Part shown: in pieces, positions 25,301 through 35,200 of the stretch
How positions within the stretch are numbered: position 1 is the stretch's first letter
Layout: every line of letters starts with the position of its first letter
From: Macrostomum lignano
Lineage: Eukaryota
Assembly: GCA_002269645.1 (NCBI GenBank)
Contig: NIVC01000903.1
Coordinates: 210,459-274,458 of the forward strand
Direction of reading: 5' to 3'
Length of the DNA stretch: 64,000 bases
Notes under the pieces: model-generated
What the model was told of the DNA's origin: nothing
Database searches by the model: none
The model's input: only the letters and a program-made list of their open reading frames with translations
Made by a program: the position numbers and the translations under genes

Positions 25301-28300
25301 CGCCGCCTTCCAGTCTCCTTATCCGACTGTATCGGTATACCCGTCGACGCCTCAACCGCGGCCGGCAGGTGAACTCAGCTGAGGCGGCTCCGCCCCGGCC
25401 CACGGACGTGAACGCGTACATTGTGCACGAGTACAACAAATTCTCATTGGATAATTTCACCACAGAAGAGTACATGGAGAAAATTATCCAGTTTGGCTTT
25501 CTAATGGTACGGCACGCATGCGCACTGCGGCTGTGTACATTGACACTGTGTTGCCATATTTAGCTTGGCCTTGAGATTTAATAGGTCCGCCCGCCACGTA
25601 CAGGTCGCATGCGGCAGAGAGATTTTAGCTCTCCTGACCTTGAGAGATTTCGTATTGCTTGTCACGATATATTAGCATGAATACTTGACGGCTGAAATAT
25701 TGTTTAGGGTAAGGGTTAGGGTTAGGGTGCGCCCCTCGCCGTTTCTAATAGCAACAGGTGCGCGTTTGCCAGATTGGCTCAGATTGGCTCAGATTGGCTC
25801 AGATTGGCTCAGATTGACTCCGATTGGCTCAGATTGGCTCAGATTGGCTCAGGTTGGCTCAGGTTGGCTCAGATTGGCTCAGATTGGCTCAGGTTGGCTC
25901 AGGTTGGCTCAGGTTGGCTCAGGTTGGCTCAGATTGGCTCAGATTGGCTCAGATTGGCTCAGATTGACTCCGATTGGCTCAGATTGGCTCAGGTTGGCTC
26001 AGGTTGGCTTATTTCGCGTGAAAACTCAACGTCCCAAAATCTCGCTATCAGTAAGAAACTCCAATCCCGAACTTGAGCAGTTGTTCGCGGCCTCATTTCC
26101 GCTGGCTCCGCTGATCGCGCTGCTCACCAACCTGTTCGACAACGCTACCGACGCGCACCGGATGCTCTGGAACTTTCGTCGTCCAGTCGCCATGATGGCG
26201 CAGAACATCGGCATGTGGCACGACATCGTGGAGTTTCTCAACGTTGCCGGCGTCATTAGCAACGCGTGCATCATCGCGTTTACAGCCTCGTGGGTGAAAC
26301 TGCCGCAGTTTGAGGAGATGTTGAACAATCTGCCAGCAAAACTCTGCATTGTGCTCATTGTTGAGGTGAGGTTTGAGATCAGGCGATTTAAGCATTTGTG
26401 ACCCATTGTGAATTAAATAAGAGTTGAAACGATCGATCCTACAGAACGTGGTCCTTGGCTTGAAGTATTTCATCAGTGCTGTCATTCCGGACGTGCCGTC
26501 TCAGGTGCATCTGCAGATGAGACGGGTGAGAAAGTCGTGCGATAAATCGGTTAATTTTCTGCATTCTGTCATGACAGTTCTCTTAAAGCATTCAATTTAC
26601 ACTTGTAGGAACGTTATCGAGTGCCGAAGATTCTCAACTCTGGGAACATTAAGTGAGTTTATTTGTCAATTTGTGTATAATGGGAACCTTTGTAGTCTCG
26701 GTTGTGGATTTTTTGTGCCAATGTCAGGCTCTCCAATCCAATCCATAGTGAGAGGCTCTCCAATCCAATCCATAGTGAGAGGCTCTCCAACCCAATCCAT
26801 AGTGAGAGGCTCTCCAACCCAATCCATAGTGTGAGGCTCTCCAACCCAATCCATAGTGAGAGGCTCTCCAACCCAATCCATAGTGAGAGGCTCTCCAACC
26901 CAATCCATAGTGTGAGGCTCTCCAACCCAATCCATAGGGAGAGGCTCTCCAAACCAATCCATAGTGTGAGGCTCTCCAATCCAATCCATAGTGAAAGACT
27001 CTCCAACCCAATCCATAGTGAAAGGCTCTCCAACCCAATCCATAGTGAAAGACTCTCCAACCCAATCCATAATGAAAGGCTCTCCAACCCAATCCATAGT
27101 GAAAGGCTCTCCAACCCAATCCATAGTGAAAGACTCTCCAACCCAATCCATAGTGTGAGGCTCTCCAACCCAATCCATAGGGAGAGGCTCTCCAACCCAA
27201 TCCATAGTGTGAGGCTCTCCAACCCAATCCATAGTGAGAGGCTCTCCAACCCAATCCATAGTGAAAGGCTCTCCAACCCAATCCATAGTGAGAGGCTCTC
27301 CAACCCAATCCATAGTGAGAGGCTCTCCAACCCAATACAGTGTGTCTCAGTGTAAGGCTCTCCAACCCAATCCATAGTGAGAGGCTCTCCAACCCAATCC
27401 ATAGTGAGAGGCTCTCCAACCCAATACAGTGTGTCTCAGTGTAAGGCTCTCCAACCCAATCAATAGTGTGAGGCTCTCCAACCCAATCCATAGTGAGAGG
27501 CTCTCCAACCCAATCCATAGTGAGAGGCTCTCCAACCCAATACAGTGTGTCTCAGTGTAAGGCTTTCCAACCCAATCAATAGTGTGAGGCTCTCCGACCC
27601 AATTTAATGTGTCACAGCGTGAGGCTCTCCAATCCACGCTCATATTGTTATTTGGTGTGAGGCTCATGAGGTGTCCCAGCTGAGTACAGTATTTCACAAG
27701 TTATAAATGTACTATATTCTTGGTGGTAGCAGAAAGTTGGCTATACAATAAAAGAATAGATTTATTTACAGCTGGAATCAGCATTACCAATCTGAAACAT
27801 TTCCGCTGCTATTTTCGCACCCTGTATCGCAGCGCCATATCCGACGGAGAGGAATCCATAGCCAGCATGGTCAGCCTCGGCTCCCAGCTGCCATCGTATG
27901 TTATTTTGCGATTTTATCCCAATGATGGGAATATGTGTGTATCTTTTGTTTTCTAGACACGATTGTATTTCCTTTTTGTTGTGCTATTTTCACTGTCCCG
28001 TGACAAGGACGACTTAATTAGGACGTGGAAACATCGCTTTTTAGAAAAGTCAAGGAAAACTAGAAATTAGTACAATTATTTCTATTATAATTTAATAGAT
28101 AACGTCGCGATAAAAGGAAGAACCAAACAGAAAGCCATTTTGTTATCCTCTACTCATTTTTTGTTCTACATTTTTTTACATTCTGGACGAAAAAACTATT
28201 TTAATATCTAATTTCTACGAATAAAGCCTTACAAAAATCAATGGAACAATAAAACAACCAGGCTATACTAAAAGATTTTTGTGTCGATAAAATTAAAAGT

Positions 28301-30507
28301 TCCTACCTATAATCTCCGTAGTGTGTTTTTTTCGCACGCCTATGCATTTTCTAAGAAACGTTTTATTAACGTATTCTACTCGTATATGTGCATCTGTATT
28401 ATATATTTTTTAAAAACTCTGCAAAGGTATTGTTATAACTATTTTTGACCACTTTGTTTAAATGCAGTCCTTTAACTAGCTAATCCTAATCCATCAGGAG
28501 TTCTGTGTTATAAACTAATCAACTATGTGCGATAACACGAATAATTGAGACGTTTGCAATAAAAAACTATTTAAAATGAAATTAAAATTTCAGATTCTTT
28601 CACATGCATGAATCTTCGTAAGTATATAACTAGTCTGAGCTAGTATGGATGATTTAATAATAGATAGATAAGTTCTTAAATAGGTAGCACATTAACTTTT
28701 TAAATTCAACAATAGTGCACGATTGTCTGCTTGAGATGTCTGGTCTTTAATTTCCGGATCTTTTTTCTTTCAGACTGTCTTAGATGTCTATATCATTATA
28801 CACAGTACATCCTTAATATAATGTATATTACTAGCAGAAATTCTAAATATTTAACTATTAGTAGAGAATATAACAGCAAAAAGCTGTTTATATGGCCTCC
28901 GCTTTTGAATGAGTGGTACGCTCGTACATTGTATTTTTGTCCAAAATTGTCCCGGGTGAATGTTTTGTGGCTAATTTTAAAAAGAAAACAAATACCCTTC
29001 TATAGATAATAGTCGAGTACTGCATTTTTGGGATTACAATGCGAGCTATGAAAAAATTATTTTCTCAAAATTAATTTTATACATGCAAATATTCTTGAAT
29101 GGAGAATAAATGATCGAACTTTTATAGCTTTTTCTATGCTATCATTTCGTGGCGATCCATTCAGTGCAACTCTTATCTCAAAAATCTGTCCCCAAAAAGC
29201 ATTTTTACAGTAAATCTATATTTTCACAACTTCAGTGGCCAGCGGTGGCCAGCAGTTTTACTCATCCATTTCCTCTTACTATCTCTATTGTATTTTCAAG
29301 GCCAAAAATATTCCTGCAGTCTCGTCTAAAATTATTATACCTACTGCCTGCTTACGTTTCAGTGACGGCAGTGATGGATCGGTACCCAGGTATGCAAGTT
29401 AATAATTGTTGCAACCATGAAGTTCAATACAAGACTAGGATATGGAGAAAACTCTAGAGATTCTGCAAGGCAGGAAGTGAAATGGCTGTCGGGACGGATT
29501 TCAGGACAGAGATTTCTGGGGTGGTTTGGGGCAGGGAGTGGGGTGGCTGTCGGGACGGATTTCAGGACAGAGATTTCTGGGGTAGTTTGGGGCAGGGAGT
29601 GAGGTGGCTGTCGGGACGGATTCCAGGCCAGAGATTTCTGGGGTGGTTTGGGGCAGGGAGTGGGGTGGCTGTCGGGACGGATTTCAGGACAGAGATTTCT
29701 GGGGTGGTTTGGGGCAGGGAGTGAGGTGGCTGTCGGGACGGATTCCAGGCCAGAGATTTCTGGGGTGGTTTGGGGCAGGGAGTGGGGTGGCTGTCGGGAC
29801 GGATTTCAGGACAGAGATTTCTGGGGTAGTTTGGGGCAGGGAGTGAGGTGGCTGTCGGGACGGATTTCAGGACAGAGATTTCTGGGGTGGTTTGGGGCAG
29901 GGAGTGGGGTGGCTGTCGGGACGGATTTCAGGACAGAGATTTCTGGGGTGGTTTGGGGCAGGGAGTGAAGTGGCTGTCGGGACGGATTTCAGGACAGAGA
30001 TTTCTGGGGTGGTTTGGGGCAGGGAGTGAAGTGGCTGTCGGGACGGATTTCAGGACAGAGATTTCTGGGGTAGTTTGGGGCAGGGAGTGAGGTGGCTGTC
30101 GGCAAGGTTTGGAGGACAGGGAGTGGGGTGGCTCTCTGGAGGGGTTTCTGGACTGGGAGTGGGTGGCTGTTGAGAGAGTGTGGAGGTGTTTTTGACTTTA
30201 ATTCCTTCTCCCGAGTTTGAATTACTTCGAAAAAATTCTTTTTTTGAAAAACAGGAGACAGCCGAAAAGGCGCCGCCGACGGCCCAGAGGCGACGCGCCT
30301 CGAGCGAACGCTGCTGCCGATGCAGCCGACACCGAGGAGTCGCCCGGACTGCTCAGTTCCGACTGTTCAGCAGCTGACGCTGCCGGTGCCTCCGCCGTCG
30401 CGCCCTTTACAGCAACGGCGCTGTTCCACAGCGACGAGACCCGGGCGCCGGATGAGCGCCAGCGGTCGCCCCGCGCGTCCACCCCGGCCCGTCGTGCCAG
30501 AGGGTAA
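13338..30507 (+). CDS. ANO: Anoctamin / TMEM16 family Ca-activated channel or scramblase, ~917 aa, 18 exons
   Basis: Phase-consistent GT-AG exons: 13338-13703, 13801-13860, [micro-exon 13959-13989 or 13951-13987, uncertain], 15132-15232, 15319-15391, 16693-17125, 18423-18639, 18729-18818, 19294-19449, 19744-19780, 19899-20008, 20716-20876, 25314-25506, 26081-26365, 26445-26525, 26609-26652, 27833-27895, 30255-30507. Family motifs: [119 protein letters not shown]. The true start may lie further upstream. Confidence 0.93.
13975..14765. repeat. 40-bp tandem array in anoctamin intron
   Basis: Unit AGGAGTTCC(T/G)CTCTGTGTCAGTG(A/G)GGCCAGTTTGTGTGTC, with some 37-bp deletion variants. Confidence 0.95.
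15420..16625. repeat. 28-bp tandem array that switches to a 33-bp unit
   Basis: CACAGCAGGGGATGGCGGCACATCAAAG up to ~16325, then units with an extra 5 bp (GGATC duplication); 25-bp degenerate tail. Confidence 0.95.
17420..18385. repeat. 64-65-bp tandem array in anoctamin intron
   Basis: Unit GAGACTAGCAAATGTAATAAAACCACGGCAACCAGTCTAGCGAGGGTAATAAACCC(G/C)CACACAGG, ~15 copies, ending ~40 nt before the acceptor at 18422. Confidence 0.95.
18880..19215. repeat. 12/36-bp AGTAGT-rich tandem array
   Basis: AGTAGTGGCTCT/AGTAGTAGCTCT/AGTAGTGCCTGT subunits. Confidence 0.9.
20335..20630 (+). mobile_element. tRNA-derived CORE-like SINE, full length
   Basis: A/B boxes, CORE-like body, 3' region ...GCACATCTGCCCATTGGGGCTGGTGTAATC followed by an AT-rich tail; lies in an anoctamin intron. 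Confidence 0.88.
21025..21500. repeat. Diverged 22-bp-period array centred on TTCTTGGAA
   Basis: Exact TTCTTGGAA at 21050, 21094, 21172, 21194, 21260, 21309, 21353, 21375, 21397, 21443 and 21488, with variants at the intervening positions. Confidence 0.8.
21628..21780. repeat. 46-bp tandem repeat x3
   Basis: GGACACCTGTCCATCTCAGGTCAGGTCAGGCTCAGGTCTCATCTCA. Confidence 0.9.
22685..23280. mobile_element. Foldback-type non-autonomous DNA transposon, copy 1
   Basis: Four ATCACAAACCCGAAAT units, a ~55-bp spacer, then ~26 inverted units. Termini GGGGGGAGCATC / GATGGCGACCC. Flanks TCATAGAC / CCATGGAC are a putative degenerate 8-bp TSD. Confidence 0.75.
23775..25258. repeat. 8/12-bp (GAGTTCAT / GAGTGAGTTCAT) tandem array
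   Basis: ~1.5 kb, contains dozens of GTGAGT hexamers and ends ~55 nt before the acceptor at 25313. Confidence 0.95.
25703..25727 (+). repeat. Short interstitial TTAGGG-like run
   Basis: TTTAGGGTAAGGGTTAGGGTTAGGG. Confidence 0.5.
25765..26008. repeat. 10-bp tandem array (CAG(A/G)TTGGCT)n
   Basis: About 24 units in an anoctamin intron. Confidence 0.95.
26722..27635. repeat. 27-bp tandem array
   Basis: GGCTCTCCAACCCAATCCATAGTG(A/T)GA, with 38-bp variant units near the 3' end. Confidence 0.95.
28020..28362. mobile_element. Diverged copy of the 320-834 MITE-like element
   Basis: GGACGTGGAAACATCGCTTTTTAGAAAAG resembles 308-336; the right end CATTTTCTAAGAAACG is identical. Confidence 0.5.
29480..30110. 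repeat. 61-bp tandem array
   Basis: GGCTGTCGGGACGGATTTCAGGACAGAGATTTCTGGGGTGGTTTGGGGCAGGGAGTG(G/A)(G/A)GT, ~10 copies, in the last anoctamin intron. Confidence 0.95.
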
Positions 30508-30732
30508 TTCTTTTTGGCAACTCCGACTTCACTTTAATGAGTGGCTAATAAATACTAAATATCTCTTAGAGCCTACTGTAAGTAGGATACATAAAGTAGT
30601 GTAAAGCGAAACAGCAAAAAGTCCACTAAATTAGTTAGCTAACCTAAAAACCTATATAAATATCTCAATTTTAATGCAGAATATTGCCTATTGAATTCAC
30701 AGCAATAATTTTAATCACACCTGCCTCTACAG

Positions 30733-32054
30733 CAGGGGCCCGCAAACTCCGGGCCGCGGGCCACAGGTGGCCCTCAAAGCCCTTCTATCCGGCCCTCGGG
30801 TCCTTTGAAACTTTACAATAGCAGTCTGGCCCGCTCAGTGTTTGTGTCTCTTCTCAGCTGTCTTCTCTTCTCTCTTCTCTCCTCTCCTCCCTCCTCTCTT
30901 CTCCTCTTCTCTCCTCTCCTCTCCTCTCCTCTTCTCTCTCCTCTCCTCTCCTCTCCTCTCCTCTTCTCTCCTCTCCTCTCCTCTCCTCTCCTCTCCTCTC
31001 CTCTCCTCTCCTCTTCTCTCCTCCCTCCTCTCATCTCATCTACTCTCCTCTCTTCTCTTCTCCTCTCCTCTCCTCTCCACTCCTCTCCTCTCCTCTCCTC
31101 TCCTCTCCTTTCATCTCCTCTCCTCTCATCTCATCTCCTCTCCTCTCCTCTTCCTTCTCTCTCTTCTCTCCTGTCCTCTCCTCTCCTCTCCTTTCATCTC
31201 CTCTCCTCTCCTCTCCTCTCCTCCCCTGTTCCTTCTCTCTCTTCTCTCCTGTCCTCTCCTCTCCTCTCCTTTCATCTCCTCTTCTCTCCTCTCCTCTCCT
31301 CCCCTGTTCCTTCTCTCTCTTCTCTCCTGTCCTCTCCTCTCCTCTCCTCTCCTCTCCTCTCCTCCCCTCTCCTCTCCTCTCCTCTTTCTTCTCTCTCTTC
31401 TCTCCTGTCCTCTCCTCTCCTCTCCTCTCATCTCCTCTCCTCTCCTTTCATCTCCTCTCCTCTCCTCTCCTCTCCTCTTCCTTCTCTCTCTTTTCTCCTG
31501 TCCTCTCCTCTCCTCTCCTCTTCATTCTCTCTCTTCTCTCCTCTCCTCTCTTCTCTTCTCCTCTCCTCTCCTCTCCTCTCCTCTCCTCTCCTCTCCTCTC
31601 CTCCCCTCTCCTCTCCTCTCCTCTTCCTTCTCTCTCTCCTCTCCTCTCATCTCCTCTACCTTCTCTCTCTTCTCTCCTGTCCTCTCCTCTCCTCTTCTCT
31701 TCATTCTCTCTCTTCTCTCCTGTCCTCTCCTCTCCTCTCCTCTTCATTCTCTCTCTTCTCTCCTCTTCCTTCTCTCTCTCCTCTCCTCTCCTCTCCTCTC
31801 CTCTCCTCCTCTCCTCTTCTCTCCTCTCCTCGCCTCTCCTCCCTCCTCTCCTCTCCTCTCCTCTCCTCTCCTCTCCTCTCTCCTCTTCTATTTCATCTTT
31901 TTTCTATTCCCCTCTCTTCGCCTTTATATTCCCTTGCCTCTGCTTTCTCTTATCTCTCTTCTCTATTCCCTCGCTTTTCTCCCCTCCTCTAGCCCACAGC
32001 CATGCGCTTGGTTCTTCATCTGGCCCTTGAGATAAAAAAGCTTGCCGATCCCTG
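30733..32054 (+). mobile_element. hAT (Charlie-like) MITE carrying a ~1-kb CT microsatellite
   Basis: TIRs CAGGGGCCCGCAAACT / AGCTTGCCGATCCCTG, subterminal GGCCCG motifs and a perfect 8-bp TSD CTCTACAG (30725-30732, 32055-32062). Confidence 0.88.
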
Positions 32055-32319
32055 CTCTACAGGGTAGATGTATAAGGTATTTCAGAGAATTTTAACCCAA
32101 AATATTATAATTGTAAAAGTCTCATTTTTACCGGTGAAACAAAACAATGCGCATAGTTACTAAATCTAGCATTGGGAATTGAGACTTGCATGCGCCATGC
32201 CATATCTTATTGATCACGGCTTTACAAGAATAAACTTCTTACGCATTTTATGAGACGTTGTACTATTATTAAACCTTCAGAGACTTTCTCAGATTTTCTG
32301 ATGAAGATTCTCATACTAC

Positions 32320-33092
32320 CAGACTCTCAGATCTCAGACTCTCAAATCTCATACTTTCCGTATACTAAAAATCAGACTCTAAAATCTCAGATTCTCAAAT
32401 CTCAGACTCTCGGATCTCAGACTCTCAAATCTCAGACTTTCAAATTTAAGACTCTCAAATCTCAGGCTCTCAAATCTCAGACTCTCAAATCTCAGGCTCT
32501 CAAATCTCAGACTCTCAGATCTCAGACTCTCAAAATCAGACTCTCAGATCTCAGACTCTCAGATCTCAGACTCTCAGATCTCAGACTCTCAGACTCTCGA
32601 TCTCAGACTCTCAAATCTCAGACTCTCAAATCTCAGACTCTCAGATCTCAGACTCTCAAAATCAGACTCTCAGATCTCAGACTCTCAGATCTCAGACTCT
32701 CAGATCTCAGACTCTCAGACTCTCGATCTCAGACTCTCAAATCTCAGACTCTCAGATCTCAGACTCTCAGATCTCAGACTCTCAGATCTCAGACTCTCAG
32801 ATCTCAGACTCTCAGATCTCAGACTCTCAGATCTCAGACTCTCAGATCTCAGATCTCAGACTCTCAGATCTCAGACTCTCAGACTCTCAGATCTCAGACT
32901 CTCAAATCTCAGACTCTCAGATCTAAGAATCTTAAATCTCAGACTCTCGGACCTCAGACTCTCAGATCTCAGACTATCAGATCTCAGCATCTCAAATCTG
33001 AGATTCTCAAGTCTCAGACTCTCAGATCTCAGACTCTCAGATCTCAGACTCTCAGATCTCAGACTCTCAGATCTCAGATCTCAGAGTCTAAG
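32320..33092. repeat. 7+8-bp (15-bp) tandem array CTCAGATCTCAGACT
   Basis: Direct inspection; source of ORF 32250-33119. Confidence 0.95.
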
Positions 33093-33829
33093 ACTTACCG
33101 AACTTTCATTCCTATCTAAATGGAACTACTCCAAGTTATCAAGATATTTCTTAAATTATATAGGGCCTCAGCATGTGCTTCGGGTATAATTAGCATGTCC
33201 CCGCATGATGATTCCATTGGCTGATATCAGACTCAAAGTTAAGTTTTAATGACAAAAACGATGAAAATACTTGTCATGCATACGAATCAGGCTTTCGACT
33301 GCCCAGCTTGAGATTGGCGCCAGCCAAGCTGACCCCAATTGATCAGGACAATGGTTTGTACTTTTCCTAATCGCGTCTCTCTCTCTCTATGCCGCCTCTG
33401 TTTTGCTTCTGTGTGTGTGCATTTTTTTCATTCCTTAGATCTGTTCTGTTGATCTTCAACTTTGCCGTTCACCTTTTTTCAATAGAATAGCAGACAGTTT
33501 TTTATATTTAATTTACCGTTTATTCGTTGCTAAGTACATGTATTTGGTCGAATAAGTGCAGCGGGAACTGATTTTACAACCACAGACCGCTGCAACAGAA
33601 GGATTCGTGCGAATTTCGCTGCGAAAAGCATTGGCGAGATCGATAGGCAATTTTTTCCGCTTTTTAAGCACCGAATTCGCAGTATCTCACCTGATAAAAA
33701 CGCTACTCAGGGCAAGAAGTGTCCCAGAGTCACTTGCGTCCTTTGCAGGGTCGTTTCAGGTGCGTTGCAGGTAACACCAGGTAAAAAAGGAAAGAAGTGA
33801 CACATTCTTAGACGATTCTACTAAATCGA

Positions 33830-34012
33830 CGAGATGTCGCCGTAAGAGTCGCCAAAGAGTCGCCTAAGAATCAATTTCTGCTCTGGATGCGCAACAGAGT
33901 CGAGAGTTACAGTTACGCAATAAACACTCAGTGTGACGTATTTATTTGAACTCTAACAAGCCTACTGAGTTAGTAGAAAGTTAAGCGCCAACACAACGAT
34001 TCTTGGACAACT
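33830..34012. repeat. Dispersed repeat related to 4210-4412
   Basis: Shares a ~50-bp near-identical block and the GTCGCC/CTAAGA motifs. Confidence 0.6.
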
Positions 34013-34148
34013 CTTTCGTGACTGTTACGATTCTACAACTCATTTGACGCACGTGCTTTTGACGCAACAGTCGCCTTTTTGTCGCATCAACTCAACTCGT
34101 GGATCAACTCTGATGAAGCACATACTTGCTCCGTTTGCAATTGAAATA

Positions 34149-34392
34149 GGAGTTGCAGCCTGGGGGTTAGAGCGACCTACTCGGAACAATTTGTGCAAGA
34201 CACTTCACTCTGCATTGCTTCAGTTCACCCAGCTGTAAAATGGGTGCCAGCATTAGCTGGGGTAATTGAGGGTGTGTGGCGACCCCCCAGTCCTTGGACT
34301 GAACAGCCGTACGTAGCCTTCAGATGCGCCGCGCAATAGCTGCGGCTGAGCTGTCGGTTGCACATCTGCCATTAGGGCAGTTGCAGTCAATT
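34149..34392 (+). mobile_element. CORE-like SINE with internally deleted tRNA head
   Basis: Body near-identical to the 20335 copy from CTCGGAACAATTTG onward; B box missing. Confidence 0.82.
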
Positions 34393-35039
34393 ACAGTGTA
34401 TAATTATCGATTTAATATGCAATTCGGAAGTCCAATAGGCGAGATATTGGGAATTCAGTGCTAAAAAACTTGAAACCTTCCCATCTCGACAATTACGCTC
34501 CTAAGTTTTGCAGTCTCCAGCAAATATTAATTGTACGATTCCCGAGTGCAAGCGTTTATAGATTCAATATGTTTTCCTACTATTTTTTTCATATCTTTAA
34601 CACGTGCCTACAAACGTATTTTGAACTATTTTTCGCTGCGCCCTACTAATTGTGTGCTCAGCAGTAGTCTGCTTCGGACATTGAATGTTAGTGTAGTTCG
34701 ATTTTTTGTTTGACTTGTTCAATTACGTGTTTTCATACAACTGTTTGATATAATACGTTAAAAATTGTGAAAGTGACCCCCTTCTTTACGGCAACCCAGT
34801 GCTGCCAGGTAGGCTTTGTATACATCCGAATCGACCCCCCATCAAAATTGCAGATCCGCCTGATTTCGGCATCGGGATGCGGCTTATTGGCGCTGAGAAG
34901 TCTGACAAGGGGATTGAAGAACAGACTGAGGTTTGAAACACCTTTGATGGCTTTAAACGGTGGATTATTTATCTTTGTATGCTTGAGCAATTTCTTAGAA
35001 ATGAGAAATCTCTTGAAGACGATATGATAGTGAGTCATT

Positions 35040-35200
35040 TTCTTAGAAAGAAAATTCTCAGCTGTGTAATTCTAAGAAAGTAGATTATTTTGTGCACGTT
35101 TCTACGAAATGACACTTTTATGTGAACAGTTCTAAGAAACTAGACTCTCACTTGCATGATTCTTAGAAAGTTGATTAGCTTGTGCAACGGTTCAAAGAAA
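35040..35200. repeat. Highly diverged 30-bp-period array retaining TTCN3GAA palindromes
   Basis: TTCN3GAA at 35040, 35070, 35100, 35130, 35160 and 35191, with an extra copy at 34992. Confidence 0.75.

Noticed and set aside
25703-25727. Telomere or chromosome-healing site
   Set aside because: Only about four imperfect TTAGGG units inside an intron of an intact gene.
26659-27518. Multiple overlapping ORFs
   Set aside because: 27-bp intronic repeat open in several frames.
30805-33119. Leu/Ser-rich and SQTLR-repeat ORFs
   Set aside because: Microsatellite inside the hAT MITE and a 15-bp array; non-coding.
34733-35038. - strand ORF with RICNFDG...VAVKKG, faintly like a pogo/Tc1 catalytic motif
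   Set aside because: The D-E pair is missing, the ORF is short and no further transposase blocks were found; not supportable without a profile search.
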